This document shows, piece after piece, positions 11,301 to 16,632 of a stretch of 38,633 bases of DNA. Source of the DNA: Patescibacteria group bacterium (GTDB lineage: Bacteria; Patescibacteriota; UBA1384; DATEAH01); assembly GCA_035288465.1 (NCBI GenBank), contig DATEAH010000009.1, positions 77,951-116,583 of the forward strand. Direction: 5' to 3'. Within the stretch, counting starts at the first letter, position 1, and each line of letters opens with the position of its first letter. A model generated the notes under the pieces. The model ran no database searches and was not told the origin of the DNA. It saw only the letters and a program-made list of their open reading frames with translations. Both the position numbers and the translations under genes were made by a program.

Positions 11301-11495
11301 GGCTACAATCCACATCAAGAACAAATTAATATTAACTATGAAGGTGAAAAAAACTCAGTCATTAATAATAATATTAAACTTAAAAAAGCCGCCAACATAT
11401 CCAACCTGGACCTTGACTCGTCGAATTCAGAATCGCAAAATTTAAACCAAAATAATATTAATAATAACCGGAAATTAGATTTAGATATAGAATAA
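2397..11495 (+). CDS. Giant (3032 aa) membrane-anchored surface protein with beta-helix (PATR-like) modules, two 7-bladed beta-propellers, Big_2-like and PKD-like domains, two carboxypeptidase-regulatory-like domains and C-terminal TM segments
   Basis: Strong RBS GAGGGAGGGG precedes the ATG and the ORF is uninterrupted for 9.1 kb. The N-terminus has hydrophobic segments. PATR-like units include KTWDGEGTD..NKWSCALNWDNDALPVPADTVTF and RYWVGAAPAGWNNTANWSD. Blade repeats follow the pattern YNGxLIxGGxFTTAGGVTVNxIAKWDGxxWxAMGTG. A Big_2-like stretch (VTINPVSATINLGETYQFTAQAFD..ITWSVVAGGGTIDNTGKFTAG) lies at ~9530-9780. A PKD-like stretch (FWNFDDSQTGSGKNITHTFSQTGYFDVVLTVTDADNQ) lies at ~9830-10030. 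CarboxypepD_reg-like stretches lie at ~10624-10810 and ~11137-11320, with hydrophobic segments at ~10440-10610 and ~10960-11120. Domain names rest on motif recognition only. Confidence 0.85.
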   Translation: MPFEIQPSFVLIILVFLMLLNFLWKIVKITRFPRGNLIVFLLILVSFSSFMAFGLSEQPQQVQAAAKTWDGEGTDGTCGGGAGDGNKWSCALNWDNDALPVPADTVTFNSTSTKDVTIDAAVTVAGFTIAATYSGTITSSAGANLAINGNYSQSAGTFSPGSTTITVSGHFFISAGTFTAGTSTLIMTGDYRGLAAEGKTLNNLTISGIVGINTNLSIAGTGILTVDAAKSIYISEYYTLSMLSGATTTINGTIDGIGTLELIDGSGVNLSAGGTLRSITRFTTSTSNTTIPDRAYGSDLELYNNTGSGYSGIMEAGTTTINDNLYLYANGAGNITLDAVTNDPDVDIEGSFDYIGTGAGLEDASLGDGNWNIAGSISLAGGTLTDDASSVYSDGGEVVEAMGVTLGSSVINIIKYNGDLIAAGDFTNIGGDPNADYIVRWNGANWVAMGSGLNNEAVDLLVYNGYLIVTGYFTTAGGVTVNGITKWDGASWTAIGTGISGSQGYALGVYNGKMILGGEFTSVSGVSANRIISWDGITWTALGTGLTGGPFGGNWVNDLTIYNSGLVVGGQFGTAGGVTANKIANWNGSTWSTFGSGIGNQYSSVATVEVYHGNLYAGGGFRTAGGLTVNGIAKWNGAAWSALPGGGTPNYVFAFFVYQGKLLVGGNFNLIGGVAATRTAFWDDSSWSTAINMDETSSSVGNFIGYNGKIVIVGDLDKTYNGTIIRQLITWRENSVTVNGQTLNNLEITNTSAAGVAFKDSATIAGTFTVDTASVILNFNAGSTYTVNNITLNGQAGTSRINLSSSSAGTDWNLNVSGAQTINYVEVSDSDASGGSTIDADDGTNRDRGGNTNWDFDDSEDRYWVGAAPAGWNNTANWSDISGGLGGHSIPYRANSVYFDNGGAGSITINDDTDIEVAKLTIEATFPGGSTFDADNVEITCNGDFSVFGGTFNAGTSTLIMDATAANSNLITNGYTLSSVEFHLDNTAAANRTIILGSGPGETLAFSGNFTLDNNDDNNLIVDSASNDPTINIIGSISVSGTGAGSDSLQMGDGTWTVSGNADLYGGSITANSSTLVMNGSNKNIIGGSNTLHNLTISGVIGLDGSLNVDATGTLTVDNTKTLQISPSVTLSMLSGATTTINGTIDGPGTLELIDGAGANLSTSNTLRAKTRFTTSTSNITIPARTYGSDLELYNNTGSSYSGIVNAGSISITGNLNISANSTGSLTLNAATNDPNFDIEGSLDYTGIGDGSESISMGDGSWNIAGYTDFTGGTLTQDDSEVIMDGSTNAWSGFGVGTSGEYPYVLSMTNYNGKLIIGGGFTTIDGVPANYIAQWDGTNWTALGTGMDSYVRALTTYQGYLVAAGSFYTAGGVAVNQIAKWDGANWSAMGEGLTGTNSEVDALCVYRDKLYVSGDSFTIDGQTDNSIAEWDGSDWSIVSGSPSSSVFSLIVYNNNLIVAAYDEVVPGISYIAQWDGSTWSALGSGVNNYAYSLEIYNNKLIVGGTFTTAGGITVNSIAQWDGANWYAMGTGMDQYQLVRAMYVENNYLFAGGSFTTAGGVTVNKIAKWNGTSWSAMGTGMSGNEVYAINSYNGNLIAGGSFTTAGGVTVNNIAKWRPSTITSASQTLNDLTIKETSTEGVVPVDTLNVAGNLSVSADGADNAIFNAAANDPTINVAGNVDFTGIGGGSESLLMGDGTWTVSGNINFTDGTATANNSILILNGSNQQNITSAGSYLNNLITKNTSVNGARPTDALVVDGYFYLQADVASAVTFDNANNVAVTIAGNLYTNLGIGAGDRNLKLGNGTWQVGNNLDLSLGTLDEGNSTVIMTATSAGKTIESNAQSFNIFELNGLNGGWDLSSILRSISLTLSNGTLTTNDFDLDMGTGLAGGSYSQTNGILNAGASQITCWGNFSVTGGTFNANTSLITLGIRDLGSSTFTGDGYTFNDIAFVKVLGGGVGTINLGSGTLNFTGDFFLSNSSGNLIVSAATNDPDVNIAGDLYSNAGASVETFDMGDGDWNVSGDVNFATATITAAASTLIMDGDATILNGNSRILNNLKISADISISIGSVGVSGILTVDPTQILTIEANRSVAMSNGSTTTLNGEITGLGRFILADSAGANLSAGGTLSAPTRFYASTGDATVAPRTYVGSVEFYSSNVNPRNVILGTVPGQTINFSSDFNLNANGNGNLVVSASANDPQINISGNLDYTGVGLGTESITAGDNTWSISGNVNFSDGSFTREGSSFIMNGSSAQSLTANNVNFNNFTSQNSSAAGLTLNDGFTVFGTFADNTPDTKITFNAGSTYNFTNIDLDGTLGQEIVLVSSTPGASWLLNVTALVPTVSFIDVSDSNASGGSQIIATNYCQNLGNNQNWLFGAAHVTINPVSATINLGETYQFTAQAFDSSWTLLPTATITWSVVAGGGTIDNTGKFTAGNETGIYSNTIQAESNGIINNASVTINESPSLQIPTAQISAPDSAIVGAEVNFSGLTNSTNSPSYFWNFDDSQTGSGKNITHTFSQTGYFDVVLTVTDADNQSKSTSHKITIIPHAPIIIKAEEAEGLEVSVSGTSDPNMTILTTLTSAKSGSKTSANTTSNNDGSWSIKIDLATLSEMKPGWYYFQAIAQDSNKISSDFSNRYDLYLVFINNPEQPAPQKPDTWYDQAYQQISTFLKRNLPNPVQKTIKSMNLPITAVAATLNIIPALASLFISTTPQIAPLFFAVWQEIYRTILNILQILGFRKRRKPWGTVYDSVTKQPISGALVQIFDAVSGRLKEQTSTDISGRFGFLVNSGEYFIKASKNGYNFPSLNISGNLDVGYENLYHGEKINVKYDLGVINANIPLDQKDLAPGAEKKYSLFFTILRFFAKIQLPILILGTLVSLTSFFLERTLFNELTLLFYFALWLFEYLKYRRAKAYGMILDIETKKPIILASVRLFASDQKLLNTCVSDWLGRYRFLVQKGEYNLHADKSGYNPHQEQININYEGEKNSVINNNIKLKKAANISNLDLDSSNSESQNLNQNNINNNRKLDLDIE
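2920..3563 (+). repeat. Intragenic paralogous module, copy 1 (~210 aa beta-helix-like unit inside the giant gene)
   Basis: The peptide runs GTFTAGTSTLIMTG..LNNLTISG..LSMLSGATTTINGTIDGIGTLELIDGSGVNLSAGGTLRSITRFTTSTSNTTIPDRAYGSDLELYNNTGSGYSG..NDPDVDIEGSFDYIGTGAG..GDGNWNIAG..GGTLTDD. It aligns colinearly with copy 2. By eye about 3 of 4 nucleotides are identical in the best stretch. Confidence 0.8.
3600..4600 (+). repeat. Tandem beta-propeller blade repeats, set 1 (7 blades of ~37 aa)
   Basis: Seven consecutive units start YNGDLIAAGDF, YNGYLIVTGYF, YNGKMILGGEF, YNSGLVVGGQF, YHGNLYAGGGF, YQGKLLVGGNF and YNGKIVIVGDL. Most end in a W(D/N)GxxW..G.G motif. Confidence 0.8.
5590..6240 (+). repeat. Intragenic paralogous module, copy 2
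   Basis: The peptide runs GSITANSSTLVMNG..LHNLTISG..LSMLSGATTTINGTIDGPGTLELIDGAGANLS..TRFTTSTSNITIPARTYGSDLELYNNTGSSYSG..NDPNFDIEGSLDYTGIGDG..GDGSWNIAG..GGTLTQDD. It is colinear with copy 1. Confidence 0.8.
6300..7250 (+). repeat. Tandem beta-propeller blade repeats, set 2 (7 blades)
   Basis: The units start YNGKLIIGGGF, YQGYLVAAGSF, YRDKLYVSGDS, YNNNLIVAAYD, YNNKLIVGGTF, ENNYLFAGGSF and YNGNLIAGGSF. Each is followed by IA(Q/K/E)W(D/N)GxxWxA(L/M)G.G. Confidence 0.8.
8480..9140 (+). repeat. Intragenic paralogous module, diverged copy 3
   Basis: The peptide runs AASTLIMDGD..LNNLKISA..GILTVDPTQILTIEANRSVAMSNGSTTTLNGEITGLGRFILADSAGANLSAGGTLSAPTRFYASTGDATVAPRTYVGSVEFYSS..NDPQINISGNLDYTGVGLGTESITAGDNTWSISG. 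The motif order matches copies 1 and 2 but identity is lower. Confidence 0.55.
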
Positions 11496-11521
11496 ATATA
11501 ATATTAATAACAGGAGGTTAG

Positions 11522-11785
11522 ATGGCAAACGAGAAGAAAGAAAAAAAGGTGGGGGAGATCATTCACTATTACACTAATTTGAAAGTCGCGGCGGCTAAAT
11601 TAACCGATACGCTCAAGGTTAGTGATAAAATCCACATTAAAGGTCATACTTCAGATTTTACTCAAACCTTAGATTCAATGCAGATTGACCACAAAGATGT
11701 TAATGAAGCGAAAAAAGGTGATTCGATTGGACTGAAAATTTCAGATCATGCCAGAGAAGGTGACGAAATCTTAAAGGTTGGATAA
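11522..11785 (+). CDS. Small translation-elongation-factor-like beta-barrel protein (EF-Tu domain 2-like)
   Basis: RBS AGGAGG lies 6 nt upstream. The pattern VGEIIHYYTNLKVAAAKLTD.LKVSDKIHIKGHTSDFTQTLDSMQIDHKDVNEAKKGDSIGLKI matches the ~85-aa family usually annotated as translation elongation factor-like protein. The match is from memory and was not searched. Confidence 0.6.
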   Translation: MANEKKEKKVGEIIHYYTNLKVAAAKLTDTLKVSDKIHIKGHTSDFTQTLDSMQIDHKDVNEAKKGDSIGLKISDHAREGDEILKVG

Positions 11786-11846
11786 CAAGAATATACTCAA
11801 AAATTAAGTCAAATAGAATTTAAATAATTATCTTGGGGCACTTTTT

Positions 11847-12212
11847 ATGTTTAAAACGGTTTTAGTTTTTGTTATAATAGTCTTAATATTGATTTTGATT
11901 ATTAGATATTTATGGATTAAAAATTATGTTTTGAAAACTCAACTTAAAGATATAAATTTTCGAAAACAAAGCCAATCAACAAAATACGGTAAAATGACTG
12001 AACAATTTTTACCATTTTTAGATCAATATCCATTTGATGAACATAATTTTCGTTTTATTGGTAACCCTATCGACGGTGTTCAATTTGAAGAAAATGAGAT
12101 TATTTTCATCGAATTTAAAACCGCGAATTCAAAAATGAGCCAAAAACAAAAATCAATTAAAAATTTAGTTGACAACCATAAAGTATCTTTTAAAGAATAT
12201 AACATAAAATGA
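11847..12212 (+). CDS. Membrane-anchored endonuclease related to archaeal Holliday junction resolvase (COG4741-like)
   Basis: The N-terminal TM helix is VLVFVIIVLILILIIRYLW. This is followed by QFLPFLDQYPFDEHNFRFIGNPIDGVQFEENEIIFIEFKTANSKMSQKQKSIKNLV. That layout is typical of the family (conserved GxPID, a beta strand ending in E-x-K, and a Q-rich helix). Confidence 0.55.
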   Translation: MFKTVLVFVIIVLILILIIRYLWIKNYVLKTQLKDINFRKQSQSTKYGKMTEQFLPFLDQYPFDEHNFRFIGNPIDGVQFEENEIIFIEFKTANSKMSQKQKSIKNLVDNHKVSFKEYNIK

Positions 12213-12487
12213 AATTATTAGAATCAATCTTTGCCTCAAAAGCACAAGCCAAATTAATCAATTTATTTTTCCAAAATCCAAACCAAAGTTTCTATCAGCG
12301 CCAATTGGTACATCAAACTGGCGAATCTTTAGGAAGTATTCAATATGAAATTAAACGTTTAATTGGCATCAATTTATTAACCTTTGAAAAAGAAAAGCGA
12401 AAAATATATTATAAATTAAATCGTGATTTTTATCTCTATCCCGAATTAAGAGATATTGTCATCAAAACCGCTCAAAAAAATTTATAA
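12209..12487 (+). CDS. Winged helix-turn-helix DNA-binding protein
   Basis: The start overlaps the upstream stop (ATGA). The stretch KAQAKLINLFFQNPNQSFYQRQLVHQTGESLGSIQYEIKRLIGINLLTFEKEKRKIYYKLN has the helix-turn-helix-wing layout of ArsR/MarR-type regulators. Confidence 0.55.
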   Translation: MKLLESIFASKAQAKLINLFFQNPNQSFYQRQLVHQTGESLGSIQYEIKRLIGINLLTFEKEKRKIYYKLNRDFYLYPELRDIVIKTAQKNL

Positions 12488-12497
12488 AGGAGGCAAG

Positions 12498-12725
12498 TTG
12501 AATAAAGATTTTAAGCAAGGTCAAATCGTTAAATTTATAAATAAATCTAAGGTATATAATTTGGATAATAAAACTGAATTTGAAGTTCTCAAAGGCACCA
12601 CCGGAGAAGTAATATTAGATGAAGATGCCGGCGAAATCGGATCGTGCAAAATAAAATTAAATAACAAAAAAGGCGAAAGTATCATTATTGAATGTGATGA
12701 TAGTAATTTGCAAATCGCTAAATAA
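12498..12725 (+). CDS. Small hypothetical protein (~75 aa)
   Basis: I prefer TTG 12498 because AAGGAGG at 12487-12493 lies 4 nt upstream. The listed ATG 12456 would overlap the previous gene by 32 nt and has no RBS. I recognise no family. Confidence 0.45.
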   Translation: MNKDFKQGQIVKFINKSKVYNLDNKTEFEVLKGTTGEVILDEDAGEIGSCKIKLNNKKGESIIIECDDSNLQIAK

Positions 12726-12727
12726 GC

Positions 12728-13393
12728 ATGATTGAATTTATTATTGTTCTCATAATTGTAATTTTTGTAGGGTATATATTGGAACGTTTTTTAATGTCAA
12801 TTTTCGGTTACCATATATTTCGCTTATTAATAATTCCTGGAATTTTTGTCCATGAATTATCACATACCCTTGTTGCTAAAATTTTTGGAGCAAAAATTAA
12901 AAAATTTGAATTTTTAAAAGCTGACGGCGGCGAAGTCGCCTATACTAAACCGGTTTTGCCACTTTTATCACAACCTGCCATTTCTCTCGCACCGATATTA
13001 GGAAGTTCATTAATTTTGTATTTTTTAGGCTCAAAATTAGGTTTTAATCTTCAAAGTTTAGGACAAAATTTTTCCTTAATTGACTTTGGCAATCTCGTTG
13101 CCCCCCTAAGATTAAATATAACCAAAAGTGTTATTTTAATATATCTTGTCTTAAGTTTAACCGCAGCCATGACACCATCCAAAAAAGATTTAACAAACGC
13201 TTTACGGGGTTTAATTGCCTTAATAATTTTAGCTGGTTTAATCTATTATTTTTATCCAGCCTCAAATCAATTTTTTGGTCACTTAGCTTCAATATATTTA
13301 TTTGCAGTTTATGTAGTGATTCTGGCGCTTATTATTAGTTTTATTTTTTGGACAATTAAAAAATTAATTTTTTTATCGATAGGCAAGCGATAA
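12728..13393 (+). CDS. Polytopic membrane protein with an HExxH motif (M50/site-2-protease-like minimal metalloprotease)
   Basis: The motif FVHELSHTLVAKIFGAKIKKFEFLKADGG lies at the end of a TM segment, and about 5 further hydrophobic helices follow. Confidence 0.45.
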   Translation: MIEFIIVLIIVIFVGYILERFLMSIFGYHIFRLLIIPGIFVHELSHTLVAKIFGAKIKKFEFLKADGGEVAYTKPVLPLLSQPAISLAPILGSSLILYFLGSKLGFNLQSLGQNFSLIDFGNLVAPLRLNITKSVILIYLVLSLTAAMTPSKKDLTNALRGLIALIILAGLIYYFYPASNQFFGHLASIYLFAVYVVILALIISFIFWTIKKLIFLSIGKR

Positions 13394-13400
13394 TTTATTT

Positions 13401-14198
13401 ATGAAGAAAAAAATATTAATAATTTTATCAATAATATTAGCCGCAATAATTATTACTATATTCTTGGTTTTAGGAATTTTTTTATTTAGGAAAATTTCCA
13501 GTCTTGAAACTAGCCCAGTTCCCACCAAAGTTTCTGAAACAATTTTATATCAATCCAATTTTTCATCTTCCATAGTACTAAGTGATTGGCAAATTGCAGG
13601 CTCTAGCGACGCGAAAAATAAATGGAAAATAGCCAATAACAGCCTAATTGCCACAAATAACAATGACCAAAATACCTTAGCAATTTTAAAATCTGGCCGA
13701 AATTGGACAGATTATGAAGTTAGCACAAGTTTTTTAATTAATAATCCGGTCGAATTTGGTTTTTTAATTCGGGACTTAAATCCCGAAAATTATTATGAAA
13801 TTAGGTTGATCCCGGATTCTAATAAAAATTCAGCCATTATTCAATTAAATAAAACTCAAAAGGGATCAATGACAAATTTATTAAATACGAATATAGCATA
13901 TTTTTTAGGTCAAAAAAATCAAGTTAAAATTAAGATTCAACAAAACACCTTCAATATCTCAATTAACTCAAAAAATATTAGTTCACCCATTAATGATAAA
14001 AAAAATTCCATTACGAATGGGAGTTTTGGGTATTTTCTACAAAGTCGTGGTAGTATACACTTTTATGACTTAAAAATTAATAATTTAAGTTTAGCCCAAA
14101 ATAAGGGACAAGTTCTTTCTGAAAAAAATGTCCTTGACGAAGCTGGTCAGTTGGATATTGAAATTAATCAACTTTTAAAAGAAATCGGCGCTGAATAA
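13401..14198 (+). CDS. Membrane-anchored protein with a concanavalin-like/DUF1080-like lectin fold
   Basis: The N-terminal TM helix is ILIILSIILAAIIITIFLVLGIFLF. The stretch WQIAGSSDAKNKWKIANNSLIATN..LKSGRNWTDYEVSTSFLINNPVEFGFLIRDLNPENYYEIRL follows the pattern of DUF1080/LamG-like domains. Confidence 0.4.
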   Translation: MKKKILIILSIILAAIIITIFLVLGIFLFRKISSLETSPVPTKVSETILYQSNFSSSIVLSDWQIAGSSDAKNKWKIANNSLIATNNNDQNTLAILKSGRNWTDYEVSTSFLINNPVEFGFLIRDLNPENYYEIRLIPDSNKNSAIIQLNKTQKGSMTNLLNTNIAYFLGQKNQVKIKIQQNTFNISINSKNISSPINDKKNSITNGSFGYFLQSRGSIHFYDLKINNLSLAQNKGQVLSEKNVLDEAGQLDIEINQLLKEIGAE

Positions 14199-14203
14199 AT
14201 AAT

Positions 14204-14247
14204 AAAAAAAGGGTCCCGCAGAATGAACTTTGGGAACCCTTTTTTAT
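14204..14247. terminator. Bidirectional intrinsic terminator between convergent genes
   Basis: The sequence is AAAAAAA-GGGTCCC(14211-14217)-loop-GGGAACCC(14232-14239)-TTTTTT. An A-run precedes and a T-run follows the hairpin. It lies between the stop of the + gene (14198) and the stop of the - gene (14248). Confidence 0.75.
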
Positions 14248-14952
14248 TTAGTATCCGAAACTTTTTGCGATGGCTAAAACCTTATTAACATATGCAGAAG
14301 AGTGGTTATAGTGCCATAAAGCACCAGCCACAGATCCTGAGGTTCTCATGTTGGCAGAAATATAGTTAGCCGCAGAGAAGATCGCGTCGGCGACAGAGTA
14401 AATTGAAGCGACCCCGTCACTGTTACCGTCAACCGCGTAAGCTCTAAAAGTTGAAGGTAAGAACTGCATCGGGCCAGTCGCACCCGCATAAGAAGAGCGA
14501 GAAGTATCGCCAGATTGGCCAGATTCAACAGAGTGAACCGCAGCTAATACTTGCCAGGGAACACCGAATCGTGCGCCAGCCGCTTGATACAAAGCATCAA
14601 AGCCACCAGGACCAGGTTTTACAGAAGTGACAACCGGTCGAGAAGCGACGATTTGTTTGGTTTGTCGTTGGGTTTTGGCTAATCGAAGCTCTTGAGCATC
14701 GTTAGATTCACCAACGGCAATGTTAATTTTGTAGTTTGGTTTACTAACCGCTAACACATAAGCAGATTTGCGGTCGATAGCTAATTTAATGCTCTCAGCC
14801 GCTTGAGCTTTAGTAACTAAAGCGTTAGGATTTTTAGGGTCAATCGCAAAGTGAATTTTTAAGGTGTCATTTTGGGGTTTGGCTGAAACTGAGGCCCCTA
14901 AAGTGCTAACCACCATTAAGGCGATTAAAGACACTTTGATGGTTTTAAACAT
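14248..14952 (-). CDS. Secreted lytic murein transglycosylase (SLT_2/MltB-like catalytic domain)
   Basis: The signal peptide is MFKTIKVSLIALMVVSTLGASVSA. The catalytic-domain motifs are WQVLAAVHSVESGQSG and GATGPMQFLPSTFRAYAVDGNSDGVASIYSVADAIFSAANYI. This is the only supportable minus-strand gene in the window. Confidence 0.85.
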   Translation of the reverse strand: MFKTIKVSLIALMVVSTLGASVSAKPQNDTLKIHFAIDPKNPNALVTKAQAAESIKLAIDRKSAYVLAVSKPNYKINIAVGESNDAQELRLAKTQRQTKQIVASRPVVTSVKPGPGGFDALYQAAGARFGVPWQVLAAVHSVESGQSGDTSRSSYAGATGPMQFLPSTFRAYAVDGNSDGVASIYSVADAIFSAANYISANMRTSGSVAGALWHYNHSSAYVNKVLAIAKSFGY

Positions 14953-15075
14953 TAACTCATTTCGGCCTTTGGCAATTGGCTGATATAACCCTCCAAAACA
15001 CCTAAAGAGGTGCTTGAAACTAAAAAGAAGCTAAATTATAGCTTCCCATTAGCTTCATTTTCCAAAGACGACCAT

Positions 15076-15103
15076 ATTATAGCATACCCTCAAAATAAGT
15101 CAA
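15076..15103 (-). promoter_or_regulatory. Near-consensus sigma70-type promoter for the transglycosylase gene
   Basis: The minus strand reads TTGACT (15103-15098), then 16 nt, then TATAAT (15081-15076). This predicts a 5' leader of about 115 nt before ATG 14952. Confidence 0.5.
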
Positions 15104-15176
15104 GTCTTTTAGGCTCGGGACCGAAAAGACTTGTTTTACGCACCCCAAAAGATTATCATATAATAATAGGAGTGAT

Positions 15177-16511
15177 ATGTCTGATCTCTTTGATGAACAA
15201 TATGCTCAAAACTTAAAAGCCCAAGCCCCTTTAGCTGATCGAATTCGACCGACTAAACTTTCCGAATTTGTCGGACAAAAACATTTTTTAGCCAAAGATA
15301 AACCATTTCGCCAATTATTACAAAAGGGTCAAATTAATTCATTAATTTTATGGGGACCGCCAGGTTCTGGTAAAACTACTTTAGCTCGTTTAATTGCTAG
15401 ATTCACCAAATCTCATTTTTTTGAATTTTCAGCTGTAAATGCCGGCGTTAAAGATGTCAAAAAGATTGTTGCGGAAGCTCAAGAAAGATTAAAATTTCGC
15501 CAACAACGAACTATTTTATTTGTAGATGAAATTCATCGCTTTAATAAAGCTCAGCAAGATGCGTTTTTGCCCTGGGTTGAAAATGGCACTATTATTTTAA
15601 TTGGCGCCACGACCGAAAATCCATCTTTTGAAGTAATCTCGCCACTTCTCTCGCGATTACAAGTGATAGTCTTAAAGCCACTTTCAGAAATTGATCTTAA
15701 AATTATTTTAAAAAGAGCCATCAAAAGCCAAGTTGGTTTAAAAAATTATTCAGTAATAATTAATAACTCGATTCTTAATTTTTTAGCCAAACAGACAGGT
15801 GGTGACGCCCGTTCCGCCTTAAATGCCCTTGAGATAGCCACGATAGCTAAAAAACCAGATTCTCGGGGGATGCGCAATTTAGATTTAAATGATATTACCC
15901 AAGCTTTACAAAAACGAATGCTAAATTATGATAAAAAGGGTGATTTTCATTATGATACTATTTCGGCTTTAATTAAAAGTATTCGTGGGTCAGATCCTGA
16001 TGCGGCTTTATTTTGGTTGGCAAAAATGATCGAAGCCGGAGATGATCCAAAATTTATTGCCCGAAGATTAATTATTTTAGCTTCAGAGGATATTGGCAAT
16101 GCTGATCCAATCGCTCTAATAGTTGCGACTTCTGCAGCCGAGGCTGTAAATTTTGTGGGACTTCCCGAGGCACAACTCAATTTAGCCCAAGCCGTGACAT
16201 ATTTAGCTCAAGCTCCTAAAAGCAATGCTTCGTATTTAGGTTTATTAGCAGCCATTGGTGATGTTAAAAATCATCCAGAAATTTCCGTACCTTTGCATTT
16301 GCGCAACGCCGCCACGGAATTAATGAAAAGTTTAGAATATGGCAAAAATTATAAATATGCTCACAATTTTCCCGAACATTATGTTTCTCAGGATTATTTA
16401 CCCCGAGAACTTAAAAATAAAGTATATTATCAGCCTGCCGATATTGGCTATGAAGCCAAAATTAAAGCTAGGCTTGATGATTTTAAAAATAAAAAATCAT
16501 TTTTAAATTAA
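15177..16511 (+). CDS. rarA: Replication-associated recombination protein A (AAA+ ATPase RarA/MgsA)
   Basis: Walker A is GPPGSGKTTLARLIA. Walker B and sensor are ILFVDEIHRFNKAQQDAFLPWVENG. The MgsA C-terminal region (DTISALIKSIRGSDPDAALFWLAKMIEAGDDPKFIARRLIILASEDIGNADP) is highly characteristic. Confidence 0.93.
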   Translation: MSDLFDEQYAQNLKAQAPLADRIRPTKLSEFVGQKHFLAKDKPFRQLLQKGQINSLILWGPPGSGKTTLARLIARFTKSHFFEFSAVNAGVKDVKKIVAEAQERLKFRQQRTILFVDEIHRFNKAQQDAFLPWVENGTIILIGATTENPSFEVISPLLSRLQVIVLKPLSEIDLKIILKRAIKSQVGLKNYSVIINNSILNFLAKQTGGDARSALNALEIATIAKKPDSRGMRNLDLNDITQALQKRMLNYDKKGDFHYDTISALIKSIRGSDPDAALFWLAKMIEAGDDPKFIARRLIILASEDIGNADPIALIVATSAAEAVNFVGLPEAQLNLAQAVTYLAQAPKSNASYLGLLAAIGDVKNHPEISVPLHLRNAATELMKSLEYGKNYKYAHNFPEHYVSQDYLPRELKNKVYYQPADIGYEAKIKARLDDFKNKKSFLN

Positions 16512-16550
16512 TACTCAATATAATACGAGTTATAAAGCTGGTTTTTTTAA

Positions 16551-16579
16551 TTGACAATTAATTGATTTTGTAATAATCT
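16551..16579 (+). promoter_or_regulatory. Candidate promoter for the 16633-17470 cassette
   Basis: TTGACA (16551-16556) is followed after 17 nt by TAATCT (16574-16579). The -10 is weak, and AT-rich DNA yields such matches easily. Confidence 0.3.
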
Positions 16580-16632
16580 AAAGGTAATTTGAACATTAAA
16601 AATAAATCAGAACGTAAGGGAGGCGTAAACTG

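Noticed and set aside
15010-15216. 68-aa ORF upstream of and overlapping the rarA start
   Set aside because: It has no RBS and overlaps the hairpins and the minus-strand promoter of the intergenic region. It runs into rarA out of frame. Its composition does not look protein-like.
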